Of a stretch of DNA of 64,000 nucleotides, positions 53,075 through 64,000 are shown one piece after another. The notes under the pieces were generated by a model that ran no database searches, was not told the DNA's origin, and worked only from the letters and a program-made list of their open reading frames with translations. How positions within the stretch are numbered: the first letter of the stretch is position 1; each line of letters starts with the position of its first letter. Source of the stretch: a virus; the IMG/VR virus record IMGVR_UViG_3300025759_000058, one strand, 5' to 3'. Both the position numbers and the translations under genes were made by a program.

Positions 53075-54244
53075 ATGTATAAACTTTATTACATAGAACG
53101 TGATACGACTATATATGAAAAATATCCAGAACGTAATACTGGATTAGATTCTATACTTGAATTAACAAAGATTGCATGTGGTTCTCGCGATGATATGGGC
53201 AATGTGTTAAGTAACACATATAATTCACGTGTATTGTTAGATTTAGGAAATAATGTAACGACGTTACGTACCGATATTAACAATGGTACTATACCTGCAT
53301 TTGCATCTCATCCATTATCGTCATCTGCATATTTAACATTACGATTGGCTAATGCAAATTCTGTACCGGCAAATTTTTCGATTGAAGCATATCCAATTTC
53401 GGAATCTTGGACAATGGGCACTGGTACATTTGATTCTGACCCAGAATCACGTGTAGGTGTATCATGGTACTATCGTAATGGGACTGATGTCAGCTTACCA
53501 TCTGCTTGGAATACTGGGTCTGCTCAATCAGCCGGCCAAGAAAGTGTTACTAATTTAAATGGCGGCGGCACATGGCTAACTAGTTCTGCAGATAATAGCA
53601 TAAGTTATCGAGCTAGTCAATCATTTAGTAATGCGGAAACTATAGATGTCCGTTTAAATATCACTCCGATAATGAATGCATGGATATCTAATGATATTTT
53701 AAATCATGGTTTAATTATCAAATGGCCAACGGCTGTTGAAATATCTGGCGACTTAGCTGGTAGCTTAAAATTCTTTGGTCGAGAATCAAATACGATCTAC
53801 GTACCTAGACTTGAAGTAGCTTATGACAATTCTATCTTATCTGGAACGGGTTCGTTTACTGAAATAAACAGCGATATATATGTTCCGTACTTTACAAATT
53901 TGCGATCTGCATATCATGAATCTGAGAAAGCTAAGCTACGTATTCAGACGCGACCAGAATTCCCGACACGTGCATATCAAACGTCTTCAGTATATTTAGA
54001 TAATTATAGATTGCCGACATCATCGTATTGGAGTGTTTTAGATTCTGTTACTGACGAAACTATCATTCCGTTTGATACGGGTTCTACGCGCATATCATGT
54101 GATTCGTCCGGTAACTATATTAATATAGATTTTAATTCGTTCTTAACGGAACGGTATTATAAGTTAGTACTACGTATTGAGCGCGAAGGTGGTGAAGATG
54201 TACAAATTCATGATAACAAATATTACTTTAGAGTAGATAGATGA
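53075..54244 (+). CDS. Virion structural protein (DNRLRE-like beta fold)
   Basis: DTTIY...NTGLD..LE, SRVLL, W.MGTG, NHGLIIK and PRLEV; baseplate context. Confidence 0.6.
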   Translation: MYKLYYIERDTTIYEKYPERNTGLDSILELTKIACGSRDDMGNVLSNTYNSRVLLDLGNNVTTLRTDINNGTIPAFASHPLSSSAYLTLRLANANSVPANFSIEAYPISESWTMGTGTFDSDPESRVGVSWYYRNGTDVSLPSAWNTGSAQSAGQESVTNLNGGGTWLTSSADNSISYRASQSFSNAETIDVRLNITPIMNAWISNDILNHGLIIKWPTAVEISGDLAGSLKFFGRESNTIYVPRLEVAYDNSILSGTGSFTEINSDIYVPYFTNLRSAYHESEKAKLRIQTRPEFPTRAYQTSSVYLDNYRLPTSSYWSVLDSVTDETIIPFDTGSTRISCDSSGNYINIDFNSFLTERYYKLVLRIEREGGEDVQIHDNKYYFRVDR

Positions 54245-56535
54245 TGGCAACAAACCGATTTACAGCAGCTAATAAACCAGAACATACATCCCCTACTCTA
54301 GATAGCCTTTTACTTGAGATAATGCGTGATGAGTTTCCTGATGACCCCAATTTTAAAGCCGGTATTCTGACTGAAGAACTTGACCCTAATCAAGAACTTA
54401 TCGATCAAGTTACATTACCTGAATTCGAACCTACTTCACGTAACTCGAGACAAGTATTACAAGTATCGCCATCTGTTGTACAACATACGAATTATCAACT
54501 TACAAAATCAATTCCGACTATTGACGAAGACATATTAGATGATTTGTTGGACGAAGAATGGAATTTCTTTTTAGATGAAGAAGTACAATATGAACCGGGC
54601 GTATCTGGATTATTTCTAATCCATCCAGACCAAATTAAAGAACCAGTAGATTATCATGATGCATATATTCAAGCTGGGCCACAAAACCTTGGTTCATTTG
54701 ATTCTGTGAATGATATTTTCTGCGTATATTTTATTCGTGATAATGTTGCATATCCTATACCTAATTACAAAACGTTAGAGGTCATGTTAGTAGAGCGTAG
54801 ATTGACGTACCGCGATATAACAATAGCTGATAATACTCAACTACAGCAGTTCGATTTATCTATGGATGGTAAAACTACTATTATAGATGAAGTAGTATCG
54901 CCGGAAGCGGAATTTGCAGCCCGTAGTTTATTTGATAGAAGTGCAGAATGGAATTTCCGTATTAGATATGAAAGTGGATATAGACCATTATCGCCGTTCA
55001 CGCGTGACCCAGGTGAATATATCGATCCTGTATCAAAAGGGTATTTTAATGCAGTTTATAGTAAGCAGACGTATCAGGAATCGTTAAGAGCTAGATTTGA
55101 AGGTAAAATGGTGATTTTATCATGGCCGCCGGCATCATTGACGGACGAAGAATTTAATTCAGAAGTTATACAAAACGACAATAACCAATTAAACGATTTA
55201 GTCAACGGCGTACGTATTATGACGAACGGTTATTGGAAACAGGTTACGGATGGCGAAGTATTTCGGTCATATGCATATGTAAATGATTTAGATGTGAGCG
55301 GGTATCAAGACCCTAACGGCAGATATGGCCGCGCCGGATATATTAACTTGTTAATACAAAATGGTGGCATAACTGTATTGTCGGGTGAAGATGTTGTAGA
55401 TGCTAGAGAAGGCTTAGATCCAGTATGGAATGAATTTGCACATATCATTGAAGCAGACCGAATGGATATAGATGAGTTTAAAACTTATATTGATACGTAC
55501 AGCAACAATCCATTTGATATTGAATATTTACTGCCATATGAACCACGTGGCAGTGTTAAATACTATGACCAAGATACATTAAATATTTTACGTGAGCAGT
55601 CCATAGAACAAAGTTTAATAAATAATTTAGTTGATACGATTAATATTAGATATGAGGAAATTGCAAGTATCGTAGCTAATGCAACCGTTATGCTAAACAG
55701 TACACAAAACTCTGCAATAACTGTTCTAGATCAGATTGAAAATGATATAACTCGAATAGGCGATGCAAGTGATAGATGGCAATTTATCAAGTTTAAAAAT
55801 AACGGCAACATAAAAGTTAAAGGTACTGAACACTCTTTATTTAGATTAGTTGAAACAACGCAACGTATAACTTCTAACTTAACAACATCGCAAGAAGATG
55901 AGATTGCAGGCGAATGGTCACGTGTTGTTAATGCAGACTCAGTTACGTTAAGTGAAGTAGGTTCGAATTCAGGTAATGTAAAAAACGCTCAGACGTTTGA
56001 ACTTCCTAGAGACGGCATTGGACGTGATAAACCATCAATGAAGAGTAGTAGTTATATACGTGCTAGTATATTAAATGCATTTTATTATAAATGGGATATT
56101 GCCGGCGACAGTGTTAACACTGGAACACGCGCGAACGTGCGCGAATTGGCAGAAGATATCGATAACACTCGGTCAGCAACTGCGAATGAATTTCAATTAT
56201 TAAGTAGCCAATTTGATGATATTACAAATGCAATTGCTACTAGTGATACAGTAGAACAATTCCAAGAAATTTTAAATACATTAAATGCAATAGATAATGC
56301 ATACATAGAATTTAATAATTCAGTAGACGATGTCAATGATTTTATTTTTACTTTAAATTCAAATACTAAAGCATATATTAATAACGTATATGAATCTATA
56401 CAACTTCTTCGTAAAAGAATATATAATAACGTCGGTAATAGTAACAAGTTTGCTATTAAATGGCCAGCAACGGTGATTGCAATAATAGAAAAATACTCAC
56501 CCGGTAAAACGTATACAAATTACCAGAAGTCTTAA
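54241..56535 (+). CDS. Large putative virion protein
   Basis: 764 aa in the baseplate operon, with a C-terminal coiled coil. Confidence 0.6.
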   Translation: MMATNRFTAANKPEHTSPTLDSLLLEIMRDEFPDDPNFKAGILTEELDPNQELIDQVTLPEFEPTSRNSRQVLQVSPSVVQHTNYQLTKSIPTIDEDILDDLLDEEWNFFLDEEVQYEPGVSGLFLIHPDQIKEPVDYHDAYIQAGPQNLGSFDSVNDIFCVYFIRDNVAYPIPNYKTLEVMLVERRLTYRDITIADNTQLQQFDLSMDGKTTIIDEVVSPEAEFAARSLFDRSAEWNFRIRYESGYRPLSPFTRDPGEYIDPVSKGYFNAVYSKQTYQESLRARFEGKMVILSWPPASLTDEEFNSEVIQNDNNQLNDLVNGVRIMTNGYWKQVTDGEVFRSYAYVNDLDVSGYQDPNGRYGRAGYINLLIQNGGITVLSGEDVVDAREGLDPVWNEFAHIIEADRMDIDEFKTYIDTYSNNPFDIEYLLPYEPRGSVKYYDQDTLNILREQSIEQSLINNLVDTINIRYEEIASIVANATVMLNSTQNSAITVLDQIENDITRIGDASDRWQFIKFKNNGNIKVKGTEHSLFRLVETTQRITSNLTTSQEDEIAGEWSRVVNADSVTLSEVGSNSGNVKNAQTFELPRDGIGRDKPSMKSSSYIRASILNAFYYKWDIAGDSVNTGTRANVRELAEDIDNTRSATANEFQLLSSQFDDITNAIATSDTVEQFQEILNTLNAIDNAYIEFNNSVDDVNDFIFTLNSNTKAYINNVYESIQLLRKRIYNNVGNSNKFAIKWPATVIAIIEKYSPGKTYTNYQKS

Positions 56536-56543
56536 GGATAACA

Positions 56544-59500
56544 ATGAGTTTAGATAGATTTACTAACCGAGATGAGATTTTACAAAAGGATGGTATAACT
56601 GCTGGCATTACATGGAAGCAATCTGATATTGATATATTACAATTATCTACTCAAAATGTTACATTGACTGATACATCTGTTGTTGAATTACATGCATATG
56701 TACGTGATATAGGCGATTATATCGTTGGTGGTTCGATTCAAGATTTTGTATTTGAAAACGATACTATTTGGATCGACCATGCTACAGCAATGTCCAAATT
56801 TGGAATTGAACGGGGTGAGTTTGAAGTTACTGTCAATATACATAAACCTATTCTAGGTAATGAATCAAATCCTTTAGTTTTTATTAAAGAGATTTCGCCG
56901 GATAGACGTGAATTACATCTTAAACTAATTCCTACGGACGATGATTCGCTTGATGGCGTTATAGATGAGTACTTAGATGAATACGGTGCAGTTGAAGCAT
57001 TTTCATTGGCACTAAATTTCGGTCAGAATAATATCTTTAAAATCATCAATCAACGTGATTGGAGAGAACCTAATGATATAGTCGTTAGACTATATACACC
57101 GCTGCCAGTTAATATAAATCAAAATGATACGGCATGGATTGTTGAAGAAATGATCGATCCGTTCATTGATAACATTTCAATCTTTAAAGAAGATCCGACA
57201 ATAACACCGGTTCAACTCCGTGGTGCAAATTTTGAAATTGATCCAGGTTATACGACAATTACGGAAACAGATTTCCAGTCATGGAATTCATTGTTAGGGT
57301 CTAATACATCAACATCTCAACAACTTATTGATAAATACTTTTCTGGGTCGTTAGCTGGTATTAATGTCGGTGTTGATTATTCTGCATTTGATAATTTTAT
57401 ATTTTATTCATCAGCGACTGAGCGCTTAAATAATTTTAAGTATAAACTAGAACTAATAGAATATTACAGCGGTAGTATTTCTACGTTACAAGCAGCGTCA
57501 GGTTCAGATTCTGGTTCATTATCTGGTAATATTGCAACAAACCAAACTAGATTAGATTCTGTTATAGGAGGATTTGATGCATGGGAACGTTGGCTTTATT
57601 ATGAACCTACTGCTAGTTTAACTACACATGGCGTATCTGGTTCAGTTCTTGGGGCACAAGGATATACAGTAACACCATGGCCAAAATATTTATCGAATGG
57701 GTCGTATGTTAATCATAAAGTAGATTCGGCAATCGGCCAAGCTTGGTACACGTCATTATACGATAACGCTGTTATCTATGATAGAGAAAGTGAAACTGCA
57801 TTAGTTAAAACAATACCAGAACATATACGTAATGATGAAAATAACAGCGAATATGAATTATTCGTTAATATGATTGGTCATCATTTTGATATTATATATT
57901 CGTACGTAGATGCTCTTACAAAAACATACAAACCTGAAGAACATCCTAAATTAGGTGTCGGCAAAGAAACGTTATATGATGTTGCTGAGTCGTTAGGATG
58001 GAAGCTAGCTAACGGTAAACAAGCATCGTCTCTCTGGCAATATACATTAGGCGTTAATACATCAGGCTCATATGCCAGTACTGGTTCTTTATTTTCTAAA
58101 ACTGATGAAGAAATAACAACAGAAGTATGGCGTAGAATAGTAAATAATTTACCTTATTTACTTAAAACTAAAGGTACAGAACGCTCGATTAAAGCATTGA
58201 TGAATACATATGGTATTCCTCAGACTTTACTTTCCATTAGAGAATATGGCGGTCCTACTGTAGGTGATGAAGCTCCTACTTTGATTGAAGATAGGTTTTC
58301 ATATGCAGTAGAATTTGATGGCAATTCTAGGATTTCATATAACATGGATGATCTAGACAGAACTTTATTCAATCATTTCGAATCTACGCCATTTGCAGAT
58401 ATTCCGCCTCGTGCGCGTGAATTACGATTTAAGCCTACAAATAAATCTGATATGCAGCTTTTAACAGTAATTGCCGATATCGGAGCTGGTCAGTATGCCG
58501 GATCATCAATAATATTACAATACACGGGCTCATATTCTGGAAGTACAGATTATGGAAGAATTGTTTATTCACATCTAGATCAAATATCAGGTGTAGTTGC
58601 AATGACTGGTTCTACTGAATGGCTTCCATTATATAATAACGAATTTTGGAATTTGCATTGGTATTTTACTCCCGATTCGCCAAATATCTTTAATAATTCA
58701 TATACAACGGCTCTTACATATAACGTTGATATATACCAAAAATCTAAAACAAATGATACTATATCTCATAGCGGTAGTATAACCGTACGTCCGGTAACCA
58801 CTACATATCACAAATCCGGATGGTCTCAATATCAGAGTTCCGATTTTTCACATCTGCATATTGGCGGGCTAACAAAAACAGATGACGGCGGATGGACCGA
58901 TTTATTCGATGTATTTCAAGATGCATCAGAAGGCTTTTTAAATAGTTCTTCAACATATATCCCTAGTCCTTTTATTGGATATATTCAAGAGTATCGAGAA
59001 TGGGCCGAAGATTTAGATTCGGCTACGATTATTCAACATACTATTAATCCGACATCGTATATAGGTACTGTATCAGCTACTTCATCATATGCAACGTTAG
59101 TACGTCATTATCCGTTAGGAACAGACTTAAATGCAGTTGATTTATCGACGGATAGTACTATAATTTCTTCATCTCATCCTAATCAATCGATTGTCGATTT
59201 TTCAAACCCAGATGGTGATGCATATAACTCAAATGCGCGCGCATATGGATTCTCATCACCATCAAATTCAGAACGCGGAAATTTTGTACCAATTGAAGAA
59301 ACATATTATGTTAAGTCAATATCTGGCGGCGCAAATACACCTAGATCACAAAAAATTCGTTTAGAAGATAATAGTGTAATTCGTCAATTATCACCGACTA
59401 ATACAAGTGAACGTTCGTCATTTGATTATGCACCTATTGATACTAATCGATTAGGATTATTTTATTCGCAGGCTGATCAAATTAATAAAGATATTTTCAA

Positions 59501-60494
59501 TCAATTCGCCGGCGAATCATTAGATGATTATATAGGAAACCCGGAAGACGAATTTGAATCATCATATCCTGAACTTAGGACATTATCTAAAGAGTATTGG
59601 AAAAAGTTTTCTGACAGAAATGATATAAATGCATATATAAGAGTTTTTAGTCAGTTTGACTTTACACTGTTTAACCAGATTAAGCAGTTACTACCAGAGC
59701 GTGTAGATGATGTAATGGGTTTGTTAATTGAACCGCATGCATTAGAAAGATCAAAAGTTCAAATCACAAAACGTCCGACTATCACCACACCGCAGTATGA
59801 CATGTTAGTTGATTCAGTCGATCCTACTGCAACAGCCGAATACATTCTTTATACTGCTAGTATCGCATCTGCACCAAACTTAGCTGAAGCAGTAACTGTA
59901 TATCATGTAGGCGATAATGGATATGCCGATTCTGGCAATTACTTAATGGATTTAGATAGAGGTATAGATCCAGTCAATTCTTCGGTGTATAAGCATATTT
60001 ATACATTATTTCCTTATAACCAAGATTCGGCCGGTGCAGCTAATTTAGGTCTGCCGGCGGAAATTACATCTTCATTACATCCGTTAATAACATCGCCAAC
60101 TGGCAGTGTTATTGATACTACTAGATCTAGCAATGTATTTAAGTTAGTCACTTATCACTATTCTGGTAGCGTAACGGGTGATAAGTATTTACGTGATAAG
60201 TACAAAGCAGTTAGCCAGTCGTTAGGATTATATTATTCTCGTAGTTTATCCGATGCTAGTTATCATGACGATGAATATCAAATGATCGATAACTTAAGAT
60301 TCAACGGTAGCCGTATTACATGCCCGGGTATTAATCAAAACTCTACAATATCGGCATTAGGGTTTAAACCGGTTATTGAAGTATATGAAACAAATCCAAA
60401 CCAATTAATTTTCAATCAAGATCCAGTACCTCAAACTAGAGGTGGCGGATCGACGTCTCCGGTAATTACGCCAGGTAATATATCAGTTAGATAA
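56544..60494 (+). CDS. Large baseplate/tail structural protein
   Basis: 1316 aa; WRRIVNNLPYLLKTKGT..SI..L...YG resembles P2 gpI/gp7-like wedge motifs. Confidence 0.65.
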   Translation: MSLDRFTNRDEILQKDGITAGITWKQSDIDILQLSTQNVTLTDTSVVELHAYVRDIGDYIVGGSIQDFVFENDTIWIDHATAMSKFGIERGEFEVTVNIHKPILGNESNPLVFIKEISPDRRELHLKLIPTDDDSLDGVIDEYLDEYGAVEAFSLALNFGQNNIFKIINQRDWREPNDIVVRLYTPLPVNINQNDTAWIVEEMIDPFIDNISIFKEDPTITPVQLRGANFEIDPGYTTITETDFQSWNSLLGSNTSTSQQLIDKYFSGSLAGINVGVDYSAFDNFIFYSSATERLNNFKYKLELIEYYSGSISTLQAASGSDSGSLSGNIATNQTRLDSVIGGFDAWERWLYYEPTASLTTHGVSGSVLGAQGYTVTPWPKYLSNGSYVNHKVDSAIGQAWYTSLYDNAVIYDRESETALVKTIPEHIRNDENNSEYELFVNMIGHHFDIIYSYVDALTKTYKPEEHPKLGVGKETLYDVAESLGWKLANGKQASSLWQYTLGVNTSGSYASTGSLFSKTDEEITTEVWRRIVNNLPYLLKTKGTERSIKALMNTYGIPQTLLSIREYGGPTVGDEAPTLIEDRFSYAVEFDGNSRISYNMDDLDRTLFNHFESTPFADIPPRARELRFKPTNKSDMQLLTVIADIGAGQYAGSSIILQYTGSYSGSTDYGRIVYSHLDQISGVVAMTGSTEWLPLYNNEFWNLHWYFTPDSPNIFNNSYTTALTYNVDIYQKSKTNDTISHSGSITVRPVTTTYHKSGWSQYQSSDFSHLHIGGLTKTDDGGWTDLFDVFQDASEGFLNSSSTYIPSPFIGYIQEYREWAEDLDSATIIQHTINPTSYIGTVSATSSYATLVRHYPLGTDLNAVDLSTDSTIISSSHPNQSIVDFSNPDGDAYNSNARAYGFSSPSNSERGNFVPIEETYYVKSISGGANTPRSQKIRLEDNSVIRQLSPTNTSERSSFDYAPIDTNRLGLFYSQADQINKDIFNQFAGESLDDYIGNPEDEFESSYPELRTLSKEYWKKFSDRNDINAYIRVFSQFDFTLFNQIKQLLPERVDDVMGLLIEPHALERSKVQITKRPTITTPQYDMLVDSVDPTATAEYILYTASIASAPNLAEAVTVYHVGDNGYADSGNYLMDLDRGIDPVNSSVYKHIYTLFPYNQDSAGAANLGLPAEITSSLHPLITSPTGSVIDTTRSSNVFKLVTYHYSGSVTGDKYLRDKYKAVSQSLGLYYSRSLSDASYHDDEYQMIDNLRFNGSRITCPGINQNSTISALGFKPVIEVYETNPNQLIFNQDPVPQTRGGGSTSPVITPGNISVR

Positions 60495-60507
60495 TTATTG
60501 CCATTAC

Positions 60508-60515
60508 ATATTTAT
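60508..60515 (+). promoter_or_regulatory. Putative late promoter ATATTTAT
   Basis: Upstream of structural gene 60535. Confidence 0.6.
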
Positions 60516-60534
60516 TAAAAAGATGGAATAAAAC

Positions 60535-61200
60535 ATGGGATATTTGAATAACAGTACTATAACAGTTGATGCAATCCTTACTAAAAAAGGACGCGAATTG
60601 TTAGCGCGCGGCCGTGATGAATTTAAAATTACGCAGTTCGCATTAGCAGATGATGAGGTTGATTATGATTTATATAATCCAGATCACCCGCTTGGTACAG
60701 CATATTACGGCGCGGCAATAGAAAACATGCCAGTATTAGAAGCATTGCCTGATGAAACGCAGATGTTAAAATACAAGCTTGTAACATTACCAAAAGGTAC
60801 TGCAAATATTCCTGTTGTTAGTATAGGCCAAACATCCGTTTCACTAGAAAATAATCAGTCATATGCAATACTTCCACAGACAGTAAACTTCCAAGGCGGC
60901 AACCGTACATTTGGATATACTGCAATATTGTCTGATTCAGATGCCGGAACATTGACAGCGACGGTTGCAGCGCCGAATGTTAATGCAGCTGCATCATCGC
61001 CTCAATTTATTGGAGATTCGGAAGCAGCACAAAGTGTTACGGTTACTGGGTTAGAATTCCAATTTGTAGCTAAGCCTCAATTATTAGCTGATAAAACAGC
61101 GACTATTCTTATTATAGGAAATGAGACCGGAGGCCGAGCGACCCTTAATGTTACAGTTAATAAAGTACAAGTAGCTACATCAGGCTTAAATGCAGGATAA
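60535..61200 (+). CDS. Conserved tail/baseplate structural protein
   Basis: DAILTKKGRELLA...ITQFALADDEVDY (tail-collar-like N-terminus). Confidence 0.65.
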   Translation: MGYLNNSTITVDAILTKKGRELLARGRDEFKITQFALADDEVDYDLYNPDHPLGTAYYGAAIENMPVLEALPDETQMLKYKLVTLPKGTANIPVVSIGQTSVSLENNQSYAILPQTVNFQGGNRTFGYTAILSDSDAGTLTATVAAPNVNAAASSPQFIGDSEAAQSVTVTGLEFQFVAKPQLLADKTATILIIGNETGGRATLNVTVNKVQVATSGLNAG

Positions 61201-61211
61201 AGGAATAAAAC

Positions 61212-62450
61212 ATGGGATTAAATAATCGTCAAATATCAACACCTGGATTTTCGCCGCGATTTGGAGCGCAACAATCAGGTACTATTAGTCAACAAGTTTC
61301 TCGATTAGCACGTCAATTGGCAGATGATATTATCAGGGAACGGGAGCAAGTATCTTTACGTGCACGTAACGGTCGTATATTTACGCCATTTCAGACTCCT
61401 GACGATGTATTATCAAATCAAGTAGAGACTGTTACTAAAGGTTTATTTTCTAGCAACACCGGTAGTATGACTAGTTTTTATTCTAGTTCAACTGCAACCA
61501 CTGCTCAAAGATCATATTTTTATGAATTATATGATAAAGATCCGGAGACAGATACTACTGCAACGCCAATGCTTTCGATTGCATATGGACATTATAATGG
61601 GTCAGGATCTGTTGATACTACAGGTAATTTAAATAATGATACACCCTCTAGAGCTATTTATCGTCAGTATGCTCAATTGTTATTAGCCCCTAATGATAGA
61701 AAGTTTACTATTAACGGCACTGATACAGATTCTATATATGTCTTAAACTTTAATAGAGCACGTTATAGAGAAAAATTAGATCCAGGTAATTTTGAAATTA
61801 CATTAGCTGAGATTTCAGCATCTGGCACTGCATTTACAGAAGTAAGTTCTAGTAATATTTACCGACAAATTATTGATGATTCATCAATTAATGCTGCAAC
61901 TGAAGGCGAAGCTGGCCAAGTTTATAACTTAATATCAGGCTCAATTGATGGCGGTACTAGTATTTATAATTCTTCATCGCCTACATATTTCGGTTTGTTA
62001 TATCCACAGCACGGTGTTGCTATATTAAATGGCGATACATTAGATTTAAGTGCAGCCGCCGGCGGTTTAAGTTTTAACACCGGTGTAGCATCTGGCATTG
62101 AGGGAAATAATCGACAAAAACTTTTTGGATCTTTGTCAGGTTCTCATGCATTAACGCCATCGACGATTACCGGAGGAATACAAGGCAGATCTGCAGAACA
62201 AGTTAAATCGACATATTATTTTGTACGTGTTAAAAATGGCGAATATAATTATTCAAATAATCCGTCATTTGTAACCGGCTCGTTAGGTCAAGTTGCATTT
62301 AGTTCATTTGTTAACGATCCACAAACATATATCACTAGTGTAGGCCTGTATAATGATCGACGTGAGTTGTTAGCAGTAGCAAAACTTAGCCAACCATTGT
62401 TAAAAGCGTTTACTAGAGAAGCATTGATTAAGGTTAAATTAGACTTCTAA
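61212..62450 (+). CDS. Tail/baseplate structural protein
   Basis: C-terminal YITSVGLYND..ELLAVAKLSQP..K...IKVKLDF. Confidence 0.65.
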   Translation: MGLNNRQISTPGFSPRFGAQQSGTISQQVSRLARQLADDIIREREQVSLRARNGRIFTPFQTPDDVLSNQVETVTKGLFSSNTGSMTSFYSSSTATTAQRSYFYELYDKDPETDTTATPMLSIAYGHYNGSGSVDTTGNLNNDTPSRAIYRQYAQLLLAPNDRKFTINGTDTDSIYVLNFNRARYREKLDPGNFEITLAEISASGTAFTEVSSSNIYRQIIDDSSINAATEGEAGQVYNLISGSIDGGTSIYNSSSPTYFGLLYPQHGVAILNGDTLDLSAAAGGLSFNTGVASGIEGNNRQKLFGSLSGSHALTPSTITGGIQGRSAEQVKSTYYFVRVKNGEYNYSNNPSFVTGSLGQVAFSSFVNDPQTYITSVGLYNDRRELLAVAKLSQPLLKAFTREALIKVKLDF

Positions 62451-62460
62451 TTAAAATGTC

Positions 62461-64000
62461 ATGCCAGCAACACCTACAGTATTTCGAGGGATTCGATCGA
62501 ATGACTATCAAAGTAGACCGTTCCGTGCATACAAGCAATATACGATAACAAATGCTTCGACATCTGTTACTCAATATAATGCTATTTACACAGGTAATAG
62601 AGTTGATGTAAATGATACGGCGGCTGTTTATCCATTAAATAGCGACGGTACGAATCAACATACAGTATGGGATACTATAGACCATAGATATTATCGGTAT
62701 CCATATGACCCGGCACGTTCTCACGAATTGACAAATAGATCGACGGCTAGAAAGCATTTAAATGTTTCGGCATCTATTGTTTCGATTCCATATTTAGATG
62801 TAGGCGAACGTATAAAGCCTGGTTCTGTTTCTATTACTGCAACGCCTGTTAATACATCTATAACGTTACGAGATGACAGCAACGGTAATTTACGAGACCC
62901 ATTAATTGATACATCGTCATTTGCTAGCAGTTCTAGAAATGTATTTTATATGTCATTTAATGATGAATTTCGTAGATTCCCGTCTGGCTTAGGTACATAT
63001 ACTACCGGTAATTTCAAATACATATTAAATGGTACTGAACATACTGATGCAAGTATACAAGGCGTAAAGCTAATCGACGGGGTTACGGCGACAAATACTT
63101 CTGCGTCTATAGGCAATGCTGCAGAATTTCCAGATAATACATATATACGTATACCACATAATGATTTGTTTAATAAATTGCAACGATGTGATGATTGGAC
63201 ATTATCATTTTGGCATCGCGATCGTGTCGGTGTCAGTGATTCAAATTTATTATCTTTTATAATCAATAAACACGGCGTGACTCGAGAGCGATACATTACT
63301 GATAACGGAACGTTTGATTATCGTGATTTAAATATTACAGGTACTAATGAATCAAATTTATATTTTCAACGACCGGAATTTTGGAAAACACGTACGCCGA
63401 TTGCATTATATATTAAACATGAAATTGCAGAATCCCAGAAACGTTTGATTTACATTGCATCCGACGGAACACAGACTTCGGTAATTAGCGGTAGTTTTGC
63501 AAATGATGGACAATGGCATCATATGTGCATACGTAATAGTGCTAGTATATGTGAGTTATTTATTGACACTGTAGCTTCTGCATATTCAAGCTCATTGCCT
63601 AATAATAATACAGCAACATCAGCTGATATTATGATAGGTGCAGAAAATCCAGAGGCTGACCCATGGGGTGGGCAGAGTACAATATATGGATTGGCTGAAA
63701 TGAGATTATATGATTATGCAGTATCGAATGCTAATATTCAATCATTAGCTAATCGGCATTTCTTATCAGCATCGTGTTTACAAACTAATGTCGTAGGTAA
63801 TGTATTTTATCGCAACGGCCATGCTGTAGTTTCTACACCGTTGCCAAGATATAATTCAGGATCTGGATTCTTTGGTAATACTTGGTCAATGACATATAAA
63901 GGTCAGCATACAATTTATGAAAACGAAGTATTGGTACGCGTACCAGCTGATCAATTAAATGTTTCAATGAATCCATCTGCGACATATAGACCTTCGACAG
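62461..64000 (+). CDS. LamG/ConA-like domain tail protein, truncated by the window end
   Basis: ATG 62461 (MPATPTVFRG...) appears open to the end; WTLSFW, NDGQWHH, LFID and EMRLYDYA motifs. Confidence 0.7.
   Translation, partial: MPATPTVFRGIRSNDYQSRPFRAYKQYTITNASTSVTQYNAIYTGNRVDVNDTAAVYPLNSDGTNQHTVWDTIDHRYYRYPYDPARSHELTNRSTARKHLNVSASIVSIPYLDVGERIKPGSVSITATPVNTSITLRDDSNGNLRDPLIDTSSFASSSRNVFYMSFNDEFRRFPSGLGTYTTGNFKYILNGTEHTDASIQGVKLIDGVTATNTSASIGNAAEFPDNTYIRIPHNDLFNKLQRCDDWTLSFWHRDRVGVSDSNLLSFIINKHGVTRERYITDNGTFDYRDLNITGTNESNLYFQRPEFWKTRTPIALYIKHEIAESQKRLIYIASDGTQTSVISGSFANDGQWHHMCIRNSASICELFIDTVASAYSSSLPNNNTATSADIMIGAENPEADPWGGQSTIYGLAEMRLYDYAVSNANIQSLANRHFLSASCLQTNVVGNVFYRNGHAVVSTPLPRYNSGSGFFGNTWSMTYKGQHTIYENEVLVRVPADQLNVSMNPSATYRPST

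Noticed and set aside
3046-63296. All minus-strand ORFs in the track
   Set aside because: Each lies antisense to a well-supported + strand gene or tRNA and shows no recognisable motifs.
1-64000. Stop-codon reassignment
   Set aside because: Long genes read uninterrupted under the standard code with high coding density, and no suppressor tRNA is present.

Overview
This 64 kb window is part of a large, AT-rich, T4-like (contractile-tail) phage genome, and every credible gene lies on the + strand. The host is most likely a Bacteroidota/Flavobacteria-type bacterium. Evidence for this is ~18 promoters in the -33/-7 (TTTG-N20-TAnnTTTA) register, a TonB-dependent receptor, a protein with a T9SS type-B C-terminal domain, and DUF2452-, DUF4494- and Hc1-like genes. 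Layout: (1) lysis and late genes, 1-5 kb; (2) host-sigma-driven early genes, 5-23 kb, with a 5-tRNA cluster (including a rare tRNA-Ile UAU), ClpS, a QueD-like gene, a MoxR AAA+/vWA pair, thyX and a TBDR; (3) a GC-rich palindromic non-coding junction, ~21.7-23.25 kb; (4) a late-promoter block, 23.6-33 kb, encoding unrelated enzymes; (5) a mixed region, 33-48 kb, with a T9SS cargo protein, Hsp20, a candidate ncRNA, a HAD phosphatase, UvsE, ClpP, an HD protein and a gp55-like sigma factor; (6) baseplate and tail genes, 49-64 kb. The main finding is that about 12 otherwise unrelated proteins share an N-terminal tag, M-h-x-L-x-x-h-h-x-E, in the same register as the T4 capsid-targeting sequence. They include five R-S-E ADP-ribosyltransferases, one HGT-type ART-fold protein, a GNAT, an alpha/beta hydrolase, an HExxH peptidase and a ParB/Srx protein. 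This suggests a modular arsenal of head-packaged, injected effectors. All protein calls come from motif recognition by eye; no database searches were run.
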